DNA from: Tubiluchus corallicola
Taxonomy: Eukaryota > Animalia > Priapulida
Direction: 5' to 3'
DNA: 64,000 bases
NCBI GenBank assembly: GCA_030141605.1
Contig: JAQGDQ010000920.1
Coordinates: 16,441 to 80,440 of the forward strand
Under the pieces are notes generated by a model that made no database searches, had not been told where the DNA came from, and was given only the letters and a program-made list of their open reading frames with translations. Made by a program: the position numbers and the translations under genes. Positions 1 through 12,419 of the stretch are shown in pieces. How positions within the stretch are numbered: position 1 is the first letter of the stretch; every line of letters starts with the position of its first letter.

Positions 1-872
1 TAACTTGCATGCTGATTGGACAGTCAACAAATATAATTGACATGTTAGATGTCAATTGAAAGGTCGTGACCCAGAGGATCATGTATGTTCAGGCTATGTG
101 ATTTTGCACATTTTGCTAAAAATCTACATGATATATGCAGTAAACAATTATGTACAGTAACAATTATATATACGGTACTTAATAATGTACAAACAGAGAA
201 AATTTGTTGAAAGTCAATATAATAGCAGCATAATTGATACTGTGTGCTTCAATGCCTCAATTTAATATAGCACAGTTACCCAGTATTATTTTAATTTAGA
301 AGAACATCGATTAGTAGTAAATTAGATGCAGTCCAAAATAAAATGCACTATAGTAAGACAACATTCATGCAGCAGTTTTTTGCTGTCAGAGGTCACGCAA
401 GAGTACATGTGAGATGTCATGAAAATTGCATGCTACCTTACTCTTCTGGACATGCTGCCCTGGTTTGCACTGAAGCAGTCAAAATTAATTTACAAAGCCG
501 AGTGCTGAAGCATTATGTTCCATAGCATCATTTAATATAGGCTCTAAATTTTGTTGTACAGAAGTTATCTATTATAATTCATGGGTGGCTAAAGTAAAGT
601 AAACAATTGATAGAGTTGTAGGTCAGCCAAACTAATTGCAAAGTTTGAAATTAGGAAACGAAAAAAAACACATAATCTTTATGGTATGTAGCAGCATAGC
701 TTAAGTGTAGTTGGGGTGTCACATGTCTCAGATCTTGATTTACACATTAATTTTAATGATACTAAATAATTATAGTGCTTAATGCTTTTGTTTGCTGCGG
801 GAACTGGTGAAAACAAAGAGCACGTAAAAAGAAACTAGCTTAAATTGAGTACAATTATGCAGAAATGAATGA

Positions 873-1194
873 CAATTTCAATTCAATTTCAATTTATTTA
901 TCTCTTTATAGTGTTACAATAAAACATGTTAATAAAAAAATCTCTAATAAGTTTTGAAAAATGGTTAAAATGTATATATAGATCTGGAACTAGAGAAAGG
1001 ATAGCGGAAAGACTATAACGTCACCTAGTCTGCTATCCTTTACCGAATTTAGATAAAAAGATTTTTTAGACACTGGTAGGCATTAATGTTATCAATTTAA
1101 TTTAGGAAACATTAGTAATTTTTAAAATTATGACATTTTCTATATAATCCAGAGAAAAGAATATACATGTAGTTTAATTAGCGGACAACAAAAT
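873..1194 (-). mobile_element. 3' end of a CR1/L2-type LINE (copy 1)
   Basis: Minus strand ends AATAAA + (TTGAA)n tail and contains the stem-loop aaaggatagc...gctatccttt. Near-identical copy at 27908-28218. Confidence 0.65.
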
Positions 1195-1367
1195 AAGGTC
1201 AATCTTGATTAAACTAAAAATTGCATTTAGATTTTATGTGAAATACAGGTCAAAATTGGTATGAAATGATAAAAACAATTTGGGTTAATGACACTTTGTG
1301 CAATAAACTAAGCTAGAACATTCATTTTTCAGCGTTACAATCTTTGCAAGCGGGCTCAAGTATCGAA

Positions 1368-2088
1368 TGTAGGGAGCCGAGTTGACCACTGAGCCAAGTA
1401 GACCACTTCCGGTAAAACCGATGCGCTAAAAGTAGTGTCCTACATGGGCAGCCCAAGTAGGACACTAGCGATTTTTGTCGAGAATCGGTAATTTTGTCAA
1501 ATTTTTGAAAATTTACAAATGTATATCTTACAATAATTTCATCATTATGATTAACTCCATTAATATATCATAACATTAAACCTAGTATCCAATGCTTTAA
1601 AGAGAGAAATTCTGCACACAGTTATTACAGAAATAATTGCAAATTTAAAAATGAGACAGATGCTGCTAAGCATGTAACACACATAGATCGCTAGAACATT
1701 TACTTATAAGAAAACAATTATTTGCCCAAGAGGTAGTGAAACGGATCACCTGTTTGTGAAGTGAGACAAAATCAAAAATGATATACCTTAAACAAATGTT
1801 GAATTCGCAAAAAAGTGTTTTTTTCACTTCAACAACATTAATATCGAAACCAAATTAATATTGTCCGTTCTACCAGCTCAGAATAAAATTATTTTATTTT
1901 ATTAGATGTATAATAAATTATTCAATGTGTACTAACGTTTTTAATTATTATTATTACATAAACAAGCACAACGGACGGTGTCAGTACACTTAACGACTCA
2001 ATTCGCGACCTGTCTCTAGTGCCCTACTTGGGCAGCCCAAGTAGACCAATTGGTCTACTTGGCTCAGTAGTCCACTCGGCTCCCAACA
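1368..2088. mobile_element. Non-autonomous TIR element with TGT...ACA ends (Ginger-like MITE)
   Basis: ~37-bp TIRs (tgtagggagccgagttgaccactgagccaagtagacca / tggtctacttggctcagtagtccactcggctcccaaca). 5-bp direct repeat tcgaa at 1363-1367 and 2089-2093. Internal palindromic subterminal motifs. Confidence 0.75.
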
Positions 2089-3759
2089 TCGAAAATGCTT
2101 TACGGTTACTGGCACAGGTAAGCAGAATCATGTCACACTGGAAGGGTGATTCATTGGATGATGATGAATACTGTTGTACAAAAATTTAATTTTCGATAGT
2201 CAAAAGAACCATTGTACGTGGCTTTCGAGTGTTCTTAATTTATCGGTTTAATATAATGATGTATACATCATCGATCCAATTCAGTTTTATTTGCACAAAT
2301 ACATACAGTGTACATTAGCAAAGCAACACATGTTAAATACTACGTAAACCGAAAAAATAACTATGATGTAAAAATGAGTGTGAACTTTATAAAGCCTGCG
2401 GATCATCTCGCCTTGGTGTTAAATTCTGCAGAAGGTTTTCCACTATTTAGTATCAAAAAATTAAAACAATTTTGTGTACTTCTGCAGTTCTGGCATGTGC
2501 TGTTATTGCGAATTGCTGTGCTTTATAGATGTATAAATATGTTTTTTTGTGTTTATGAAATTTCAATTTTAATACCCTTTAGTTTAGTCGTGAGACGCAT
2601 AAATGCCAAATATTATTGAAAGTAGTGCTACTAATTGTGTCTCGATCTGTAATGATGTCAAAGGAAGCTAGGTGTGGAATGCCTGAAAACCGAAATCTGA
2701 TATTTGAAAGACTTGAAATGTGCGTGCTGCATGCCTAATGCGTTTTAAGATTGGTCGTGCATTAATGATAAAGTATCAACATGTATAATTTACAATTTAA
2801 CTATTGTTTACAATTTAATCACTAAATGACCTTACTTGTTATATAATGGGAGTCAAAGAGTTGTCCACATGTCTGTACCATTTATGTTTAGAGACCTTTT
2901 TTCAGGATAATGTAATGGTCAGGCTATACAGCAGCTCTTTCTGCTCGTGCTGTTAGTTCTATTGGAAGTCATTTTTTTTGTATTACACTTTTGTACCTCA
3001 TATACATTTGAACCTATAATATTATTGTGATTTGCAAATGTTCCTTAAACTGTTTAAAAACACCTTAAAAAGGACTTAGTTTTTTTAAAAAAAATCTAGC
3101 TTACTCGAGTGTTTATAGTCATAGGCTTAGCAGGGGTGGGCGACAGGGGGCAGTCGCTGTCTGGCACAACTATGAGAGGGCGTACCGTTCTACTAGAGTT
3201 CAATGACTGTTAATTATTAATTACTAATCCAACATTAATAAAACAAATAACAAAAGTTTTCAAACTACAACAAAATTGCCTAGTCAGAAACATTGGCATT
3301 TCTCTAAATGCCGAATGTATTATTGTGAAAACCTGTAGAGCCCTGTATCTTTGTTAATCTTTGCATGTTTTAATGCTGGAGCCGAATGTTAAAGGATTGT
3401 TGTGTTTTGCGCAACAAATGCATAGAACAGAGTTATTTTGGTGGAGTACCACAAACCAAACTGAGGGTGATTCTAAGAAAAAAATCATTTATCTTTATCT
3501 CGTCAGGTCGAAAAAGCAAAGTCAGGCCCAGGGACGCAAAAACATGAAAAGGTAGGAGGCCAGAAGTTTTTTCCCCTGGATGCTTTAAGCGCTTGCTATG
3601 TCACTGCTTATAGTGTACTTGTCTCTGTGACTATGTCTACGCAATCGAAATAAGAATGTATTTTTTTGTTCCAGATAAGTCAGGAAGTACTTCGTGATTA
3701 CGATCGCTTGTAATAAAAGTTGTATTTAAGACAGCAGTCTCACGATCCAAGATCACAAG

Positions 3760-4647
3760 ATGGAATGCAGTGAGGACATAGTTTACAAATGCACTTCTTG
3801 TACTGAATGTTTTTTTACTGAAGAAGTCTTCTTTGCCCACACTCGTACGTGGCATTGTAAAATACTTGTGAATACAGGTCAGAATCCTCCCGGGTTTGAG
3901 GCACCTGACTCTACTTTCTCAAGCCTCTTTGAAGTGAAAGAAGAGCCAGTAATACTAGATGATGCATGGGGTAATGAAAATGATGGCAATATATCAACCG
4001 GTGCTATTAGCTACGACAAGAGTAACAGTCAGAAAGTTTTTGAAATGTCTGTAGTTGATGCAGGCGGCGTTTCTGCCTATAGTGATCCTTCTGGAAATTC
4101 AGTGATTTCTTTGACTTCTGATGTAGTGTGTCCAGTGCTTAGTTACAGAAGTAACTTTCTTGATGCTGACTGCCATAATGCAAGCGATGAAAGCATTGGC
4201 AATGATGTTCGGCCTAAATACTCTACTACATCACTACATTCCAAACAACATTCACAGGTGAATGCATTTGAAAAGTCCTTGCAACAGACTTGGCAGTCGG
4301 CCAGTGTGAAACAGAGCTCAAAGCAAAGATGCAAACAATTTCCAAGGATGTACAGTAGGCCACATCAGAAATCTACAAATTTTTCTATTTCGAGGAACCA
4401 AAGTTTTTCAGGCCTTCAGGCAGGGCCATTCATGAGCACCAGCAAGCAACAAATCTGGTATTGTAATTTGTGTTCATATCAGACCATACGTAAACCAGAT
4501 TTGACAAAACACGTTCGCACGCATACAGGAGAAAAACCTTTTTCTTGTTCTTTCTGTGCCAAAAGCTTCAGTGATCCGAGTCCATATTACAGGCATGTAA
4601 GGAAGTGTTCTCTGCGTTTCAGTAGTTCACATAGTGTAACAGATTAG
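3760..4647 (+). CDS. C2H2 zinc-finger protein (N-terminal CxxC..H..H finger, low-complexity middle, C-terminal C2H2 + C2HC pair); paralog 1
   Basis: 295-aa ATG ORF. Motifs YKCTSCTECFFTEEVFFAHTRTWH, CNLC-x12-H-x3-H, TGEKPF linker, CSFC..RHVRKC, VKEE SUMO-type motif. Acceptor ttttgttccag at ~3664-3674 and AATAAA at ~5243/5280. Confidence 0.9.
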   Translation: MECSEDIVYKCTSCTECFFTEEVFFAHTRTWHCKILVNTGQNPPGFEAPDSTFSSLFEVKEEPVILDDAWGNENDGNISTGAISYDKSNSQKVFEMSVVDAGGVSAYSDPSGNSVISLTSDVVCPVLSYRSNFLDADCHNASDESIGNDVRPKYSTTSLHSKQHSQVNAFEKSLQQTWQSASVKQSSKQRCKQFPRMYSRPHQKSTNFSISRNQSFSGLQAGPFMSTSKQQIWYCNLCSYQTIRKPDLTKHVRTHTGEKPFSCSFCAKSFSDPSPYYRHVRKCSLRFSSSHSVTD

Positions 4648-5740
4648 TGCTAAAAAGCAGTTACTCTGGTGCTATGCTGCTAGCTATTTTGCAGACACTA
4701 GAACTTGTGCTAACTGCTAAACGTGATAAAGGTCAATGTTAGCTGTGCCTGCGACTGTCGGGTGTATGTTTGTTTCATTCTAGTACTATCTGCTTATTAA
4801 GAACAAGGTGTGCTAAAATGTTAAAACTTAGCATTTGTACCTACACACTTCAACATGGCATTTTGGTATGGTGTGCCATTGTTCTCGAGTACAAGTTTGT
4901 TGCCTGGTGGTTGGTTGGGTGAGCACTGAGCAATGCGCAGCTGGAAGTAGATGTTTCGTATTGTTAGGAGAAATGTGTTTTACATGCTTCAAAATTGCTT
5001 CAAAGATGGTTGTTCCTCTTGTACCCAATTTAAATATCGTGTGTCAATTGTCGTTTTTGTTAGACATTTGCCATTTTTGTGTAAATACTACAATGTATGT
5101 TACTTGCCATTATGATTTCACTCACGCTGTGACACTTAATATTTCTGTTATTTCAACCATGCGCATGCAGAGATATTCTGCCATAATCAAGTTTGCTGTG
5201 CAATATGTTTTTCCTTATTCCATCAACATGAACAAAATATTGAATAAAATGTACAAGATAAATATATGAACGTATAATTAATAAACTTTGGGAACGAAAT
5301 TCATCTGAAAGAAAAGATGCATTGTGAAAGTCTAGTCAAGAATTTTGTCAAAATCTAATCAAGATTTTAGTCAAGAATTTTTGGATTACAGTTTACAAGT
5401 CTTGTACGGTCATTTCAACATTGAATGATAATCTTAAAATTAGAATTGAATTCATTACGGTGAGGGCCTGTATTTAATTTTTTTACTTTGGATACGACTT
5501 CAATTTTGCAGATTCTCAAAAAATATTGTTTATACATCGAACTGCACCAGCGGCTTTTATTGAAACACACGGGGCCACACACTTACTTAATCTCACGTGT
5601 ATTTACAAACTGTTTACCTTGGAGTGTCTTTGTACAAAATTAAATTCGCTACTGACTAAGTAAATATATTGACGATATTATCATTGTATACCAGGAAGTA
5701 GACTGGCACTCAGTGTAAAAATTAGATTTATAAAAGACTA

Positions 5741-6113
5741 CAGTCAACCTTGGATATAAGGGACACCTCCGGAGCAGAAAAACCCGTCCCTTATAGCTGA
5801 AGTTGAGTCAGACTGAGGGTGTATCTAGACCTGTACTTTTCTGTACTTTTACCCATATTTTTATGGATTATTGCTACACATTCAGCGCAAACGGTATTTG
5901 CTCCTTCGGAGATGCGAGATCTATATGACCGCGGAAACCAAGCTGTTCGAAGACCGAGTTTGGAACAATTCAGGTTAAAAATCGATCATAATTTCTCTTT
6001 GATCATAGGGTCAGTTATATGCGAGGTAATTTACCTGGGTTTCTATTACGCGGGACCTGAAGATATCGTCCCTTATAACCGAAAGTCTCTTATATCTGAG
6101 TACCTTATATTGA
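5741..6113. mobile_element. Tc1/mariner-pogo-type MITE, right end truncated
   Basis: Begins TA|CAGTCAACCTTGGATATAAG. Internal repeated cccttata/cttatat motifs and a partial inverse end. Abuts the ZF pseudogene. Confidence 0.55.
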
Positions 6114-6860
6114 GAATGTTTTTTTTATTGAAGACACTTTCTTTTCTCATAGTAGTGCACATACATGAGTATTGTCATGCACATGGCATTGCAAAATGTG
6201 AATTCAGGACAAAATCCCCACAGATTGAAGAAGCTCGGTGATCTAAAAAGCATTTATGGTGAAAAGTTTATTCAAAATGATGGATGGGGCTGAAAAGAAT
6301 GCTAATGAAGATTGTAATAGTGAAGGTAAAACAACGTTCTACACAGTAAATAATGATACGACTACTCCATGTAGCTTTTCTGTGAACACACTTTCCTACA
6401 GTAGAGTCTGTGATTTCTATCAAGCCTGGTATGTGTCTAGTAAGTTCTAATTATAATGACAGTGTTCTGGAATATGTAAATGCAAGTGATGTACTCTCTG
6501 TCAAAACTGAAGAAATTGAACAAAATTCTGGAAAACGTTTTCTGACAGATTTGTTGAAGCAAGTTTCAAGTGCAGAAACTCACTTAATCTCATCGCGACA
6601 AATAATCTTGCCTAAAAAGTCAATTCAAAAATGTGGTAAACAGTGCATCTTTGAGAAAGAAAGTGGTAAAGCTAAACAGACAGATAACCATTCATGAGTA
6701 CCAGCAAGAAGCAGCTCTGCTATTGTAATTTGTGTTCATGTCAGACCATATGCAGACCGGATTTGGCTAACCACAACTGTAGACACATGAGAGAAGCCAT
6801 TTCGATGTTCTTACTGTAACCAAGGTTTACACTGCTGCCAGCATGTAATAACACGTAAAG
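6114..6860 (+). pseudogene. Decayed copy of the 3760-4647 zinc-finger gene (paralog 2)
   Basis: gaatgtttttttattgaagacactttcttttctcat...acatggcattgcaaaat..tcaggacaaaatccc matches ECFF.E..FF.H..TWHCK..GQNP. 6690-6810 aligns to PFMSTSK..YCNLCS.QT..PDL..H..EKPF. Frameshifts and stops, and the start is lost under the MITE. Confidence 0.8.
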
Positions 6861-8199
6861 TAGACTCATTATTGTGAACAATGTAGAACAATACAATAGA
6901 GCGCAATAGCTAATCCTACACCCGAGAAGGACTAATGTGCTGTGTTTCATAAGTGACCTGTATAATGCCACATATATGTAATTATCATTAATTAACAGAG
7001 TAGTGTATTAACTGCAGTGTTTTAGCCAACTTGCCTTTATTCTGATAGTGTTACAGTTTCTGATTGTACAATTTTACTTGCATTTCTAAGTATGACAAAG
7101 CTCAAATGTAAAGAAATTGTAGAAAGTCTTGTTACCTGTATGGACTAAATAACCTAGCCTCGCATTGCAGAATTACAGAATTGAAGGGCTAAAATATGCA
7201 TTTACAATTTGCAAATTATAAATTCGATAATCAAAACTTTTTATTTTCATCTTGAAAAATTACGTTGCTGTTGTGTAATCAGTATAAAACTTAAATCCTG
7301 GTTGTTAGGCATTATAGTCTGTGAAGTTGCGAGCACTTTGCTTTTCACTACTAACATATTTCGCATGTGAAATTGCCACTTGTTGTGCAATTTGTTTTTC
7401 ATTCTGCTTAGATAAGCTTGCTTGAATTCAGAAAATTGACTTGATTTTGAATGACAACTCAAGCTTGGTAAATACTCAACTAAAATTCATAAGTTCAAAT
7501 TCCCATTTCTGGTTGGGAAGCAAAGATGAAAACTAGATGAATGCTTCTGGACTTTTGATTAATTAATGGCTTGAGGTTTGTACTGTTATTTTATAAAGCT
7601 ATCAAATTCTAAAATAACATGAAGCAAACCTGTGACCTTGACCCTTTATTCTAGGGCTACTGTTCATTGTCACAGTATATTTGCATTTCTTTGTTCCTGT
7701 TTGGCCTCAGAGCCAAATCTTTTACTACCACTGCCTGTTGTGACACACAGAAAATAGTGTCACAAACTATGGTGAAAGAAAACTACGCAGAAGAAGCCAT
7801 GAAGCTTAATAGCATCATAGTCGTGCGCGAGAAAGTAGGAATTGCATTCCGTCTTCACTTCAAGATTTCCCATATTCTTGCAGTTTGCTTGCTCGAAAAT
7901 TTTGACAAAGTTTTAGTTTGTGAATTATATATTTATTAATCCTTCTTATTGAAAATAATGAAAACACTGTAAAAAGTATGTAGATTGTAGCGTGTTTTTG
8001 TTAATTTATGTCTATGTCTGTTTAATAATATTAAACATTATTTCCCGGTTTTATTCAATGGTTCAGTGTTGATTCTCGTTCAGCAAGCAATCACTCTAGG
8101 AACGACTGCAGTTTCTATGTACACTGTATACAGCTTCATGTCACGAATCCACATTCATTTCTATGGCTGTAGTACACTCGGTGATTCTTCTTATGACCA

Positions 8200-8725
8200 C
8201 CACATTCATTTCGTATAGATCACTGGTATCACACCCCGAACTTTTACTTGACTTAAGCTACTACAGACAAATAGATGTTCAGTTTTATCTTTTTCAGTGT
8301 TACACATGCGGCACATTAAATTATTTATATGGGCACTTTTGTAGTTACACTCCAATTCCAACATATTTAATTTAATTTTCATGTAATAACTCATTTTATT
8401 CACACCTAATTCAGATATGTAATTTTGCTTTTTAAATTGACTATGTTTGAGAAGTCTCAGTTTTGTCGTTTTATTGCATTTTGCTCTGAGCTCCTCTGCT
8501 ACTTTTTTTTCCACTTTATTTTTAACCATCTTTTTCCATTCAGACTTCTTGCTTTTAATTACTTGTTCTGTATCACTACTGTTTATTTCCTAATAGTAAG
8601 CAATTTCCTAATTCCAACATTGTTCATACAATCTTTATCCATAACTACTTGTTTAGAAATTCTATCATCATCAGAATTTATTAAATGATGGTAAAACACT
8701 AACTTTTTGTACTCAACTCTATTTT
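8200..8725 (-). mobile_element. Non-LTR retrotransposon ORF2 C-terminal fragment with CCHC knuckle (RTE-X-like)
   Basis: Minus-strand peptides YKKLVFYHHLINSDDDRISKQVV and LMCRMCNTEKDKTEHLFVC; frameshifted. Confidence 0.6.
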
Positions 8726-11139
8726 TAGTTGGCAAATACCGTTTTACTCAGCCTTACGATACTGCTTATTGCTATGCGCCTGCTTACCAATTTGCAAAAC
8801 GGTATGTTTGCAAAGACATATGTATTGATGCACCTCGTTGTAATAATGACAATGTCGCATAATGTCAACTTTTTCTGGAGTTCCAGAGTTCCAATTAGTG
8901 TGGGAATATGTTTTGAAAAAGTTTCTGTTTTCACCATAGCTGGTTTTAGTGTTTAGGTACTAAATATGACGTTCACTAATTGTTGTAACCTAGCTAAAAT
9001 AACTAAACGATGGTGCAAACCCGCAATTATATGCTTAGATTTTGATAACATTCTGCAGGGATGAGAATTTTCCGCGGATACGCGGAATTCTGAGTTTTTG
9101 GAAGACCAGTAGTGCCATTTTTGTAAATCGCGTAAATTCGTTGAGAAATTTTTTATGGACCCAGGACATTATTTCACAAGCTGACCGCTAGTTGGCAGGC
9201 CGTCACTTTCTTTACATCACATACATCAGCGTAACTACGTGTATATCTCTATGTATAAAAATATGGAATCAATTGTGCGGAGCTATTTGAGTCAATTGCA
9301 GACAGTTTTTATATACTTTTGCATAGGAGCGGCCAGTACTTAAGTGTTTTTGAGAAAATTAGGTATCATGTATCCTTGATAGTTGGGTATTTTAAATTAT
9401 GCATGAAACAAGGTAACTGATATTTTAAGTCCACTTAGAGGCTCTCTATGGTCACAAAATTGCAATTTGTTGCTGGCTCCAAGGGGGCTTGCTTGAACCC
9501 CATTGGGGGCCTAGGTGGCCCCAAAACCCCCGGCCTGTTTCAGAGTTTTTTGCAATTTGCAGTGAGAAAACATAGAAATCTCCTGCTTGCCTTGTTATGA
9601 AGCCTCACCCTTATTGATTTCCCAGTGGCAGTTTTGTTTTTGCTATCTTGGGGCCATAAAATTCAGTTTTTTGTCATACAATAGGTGCTGTTTATTAGAC
9701 TCAGTTGCCTAATTGATTCAAAAATGCCTGGTACGGGCTTCTTCTATTGAAATGTTTATAAAAACTGTCAGTAATTGACTCAAATGATTTCGCATAACTA
9801 AGTCAACATTTTTCCTTCTCGCACTAAAAACAACGCACTTGCGCGTGCTCAAAGAGCTTTTACTGCTTTTGTGTCATCTTTACATTGATTTTGTGCACTT
9901 TATGAGATTCATTAGAAATTTCATAAACCAACTTATTCGTGAAGAAATGGTGCAACCGTTCTTGCATGTAATTTTTAGTGATAATAAATCAGATTTGTGT
10001 GATTTTTTATTTTCTTTTGTTTTATTAATTCATTCATTTTATTTATTCTCTTGTGTAAATTAGCATTCTTAAATAATTGCACATAGGAATTTTGACATTA
10101 ATTCATTTCTAAAATTTATTTTAAGCCTTTGCAACTCATACTTACAGTCGTGACCAATTATTGGTATGTAGTCGTTATATTTGTATTTAGTAGTTTGTAG
10201 ATCGTTTTCATTCGTGTTCATTTCGACGTAGTTATTAATTCATCATAGCCAATGGCCCCTACATAGCAATCTTGCTCTATTTTTTTTTAATCAAACGTAG
10301 CATTTAGCTTTACACGGTAAGATGATGACTCATACTTCTATAGTAATAGGCTAGGCCTGTCGGCTAATCGAATCAGTCGGTTAATTAGGTCAAAACACTT
10401 CCATCCCAAAGTGAGTCTATTAAGGTCCATCTACTATATTTGAAACTCTCCGACCATTGTCAAGCTAAATTGTTGTTAAGAGTTTGTAGACATGCAATAG
10501 ACTAAATTGAGATTGAGTCTAGCAAGCTAAAGCATTGTGCAATATGTTATTTGTTAGTTTGAAACTTAGAATATTGTTAGGGAAAATGGTTGAGGTTAAT
10601 TGCATATGAGAAAAGTTGTCTAAAAAGCAAGAACATTATATTTTAGCTAATAAGTGTGTAATTTGATTCATAACTTGAGTTTTTAATCTTAACAATACCT
10701 CTATATACCCGTGTTTGTGTAATAAAATTTATAATGGTCAGGGTATTTGAGAAGTTATGGTGTTTTTTGAACAATCCATTTTTTATAATAATTAAAAATG
10801 TCAGTCTTACGAGGTTACTAGTATAGCATATCTGCACTTGGGGGTTCCCTTTATGATTCAGTAGTTAAAGAAAGCACATTAGATCACTTGTTATCACTTA
10901 TAATGACGCATGAAAATATTTTTATGTAAAGAACAGATGGCACTATATTTGAAATAGAAGACTTTCGTGCATCACGTCTTAAGGAAGCTGACGAGTTTTT
11001 AGCAGTTCATTATGGAACTTCTACTGAGGACATCTATATATATATAATTGGATATAAACAAACATTTTCTTTCTCTAGTTACCAGCATATTGCCTAACAT
11101 TCACGGATCAACACAAAATTATCTACCTTTGGTGCAAGT

Positions 11140-11432
11140 TGGTTGGCATCCTTCTGTGTCGGAAGACAATGGAGTGTGTGCCAAGAGAGTCAGTTATTGA
11201 TCACATTGATGGAGCTGCAGCGTCGACTGTGGCTGAGCAGTACGATCCTTGAACATCTCCTGGGCACACGCCTGGACAAGGTGTATGGAGATCCTGAGTT
11301 GTCCAGACAACAGGAACCCCTTTCTTTCTCCCTAGTGTAGACCAAAGGAAAGCGAAGCGATACGTTTGGCACCAGGTTGGCTGCCGGAGTCAGTGAGCAT
11401 GCTGCACTGGTCCGCCGCCTTCAGGGCTCCAC
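11140..11432 (+). mobile_element. GC-rich ~293-bp insertion with 10-bp TSD, probably retroelement-derived
   Basis: tggtgcaagt duplicated at 11130-11139 and 11433-11442. Insert is visibly GC-richer than its flanks and begins with a GNRA-capped hairpin. Confidence 0.6.
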
Positions 11433-11559
11433 TGGTGCAAGTAGTGACCATATTAATATTAGTTCAGGAGAGGCTTCTTCAGCTGCTAGTGCAACTTCAA
11501 CTAATTGAAACTGGCAAGTTGCAAGTTTGGGACCTGCCTCAGATCACAAATCAGTATAT

Positions 11560-11871
11560 TTTCCCGTGCGAGGCACAAACATTTTTCCTAAGAAACTACG
11601 GAAGTCAAAACATTTACATAGACCAAAAAACAAAGCAAAATGTGAAGAAGTAATAGCAGGGCAAACACAGCTCATGAGCATCAGTAATGAATGACTATTT
11701 CACTGTGATTTGTGTTCTTACCAATCAGCAAGAAAAGATCTTTTAGAGAAACATCTCAGGCTTCGTACAGGAGAGAAACCTTTTTCTTGCCAATACTGTG
11801 GTCAAGAAGTCAAGTGACAGCAGTAATCTGGCTAAACACACCCGAACGTGTATCAAAAGACACAGCTTTAG
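11560..11871 (+). pseudogene. Decayed C-terminal part of a third ZF paralog
   Basis: From 11674 translates MSISNE*LFHCDLCSYQSARKDLLEKHLRLRTGEKPFSCQYCGQ/fs/SDSSNLAKHTRTC, with an in-frame TGA, loss of the second His and a frameshift. 5' boundary uncertain. Confidence 0.8.
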
Positions 11872-11902
11872 ATAAAAATTTTACACCAATTTAAATTCTT
11901 AA

Positions 11903-12360
11903 AGGAAAACCAGACCCAATCTTAAATTGCAGGTCAAAGGTCAAAACAATCTACTCTTTAAAATACTGAAAGGAAGCATGCTACATTTTCAAGAATGACT
12001 AATGTGAAAGAATTATTACTACACAAGCACAATTTCACGTTCGTGCTGCTAGTTCTTGCACAGCAGTAAATTTGAAATTAGAATTTTTATCTTAAAATTT
12101 GCGAATTTCTAGCACAACACACTGCAGTAGCACTGTACTTCAATTTTCTCTTTTGCAAACACGCTTCTCGAATATTTTTGCTGTTGAGAATTATGTTCCT
12201 TTGTGATGTCATCAATACTTAGGCTCGGCCATCTTTAATTAAGATTTCAATCTATTATTTAATTATCAGAAAGGCTTTTCCAGTATTGTTGTTGTTAACA
12301 TGTGTACTCTTTATTGAACTTGAAAATGGGGTAATGTATGAAAAATCATCTTGTCTTCCT
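11903..12360. mobile_element. Kolobok-like non-autonomous DNA transposon
   Basis: TTAA|AGGAAAACC start and GTCTTCCT end. Homologous to 56901-57494. Confidence 0.7.
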
Positions 12361-12419
12361 TGTACAAACCTCTTTTTGTTTATTTCAGATAACCGCATTT
12401 TGGTTTACCTAATTAAGTT

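Noticed and set aside
5819-6697. ORFs 5819-6241, 6256-6450, 6410-6697 as genes
   Set aside because: They run across a MITE and the frameshifted ZF pseudogene.
9056-9570. Possible hAT-type MITE starting cagggatgagaattttccgcgg
   Set aside because: No matching right TIR or TSD was found, so boundaries cannot be supported.
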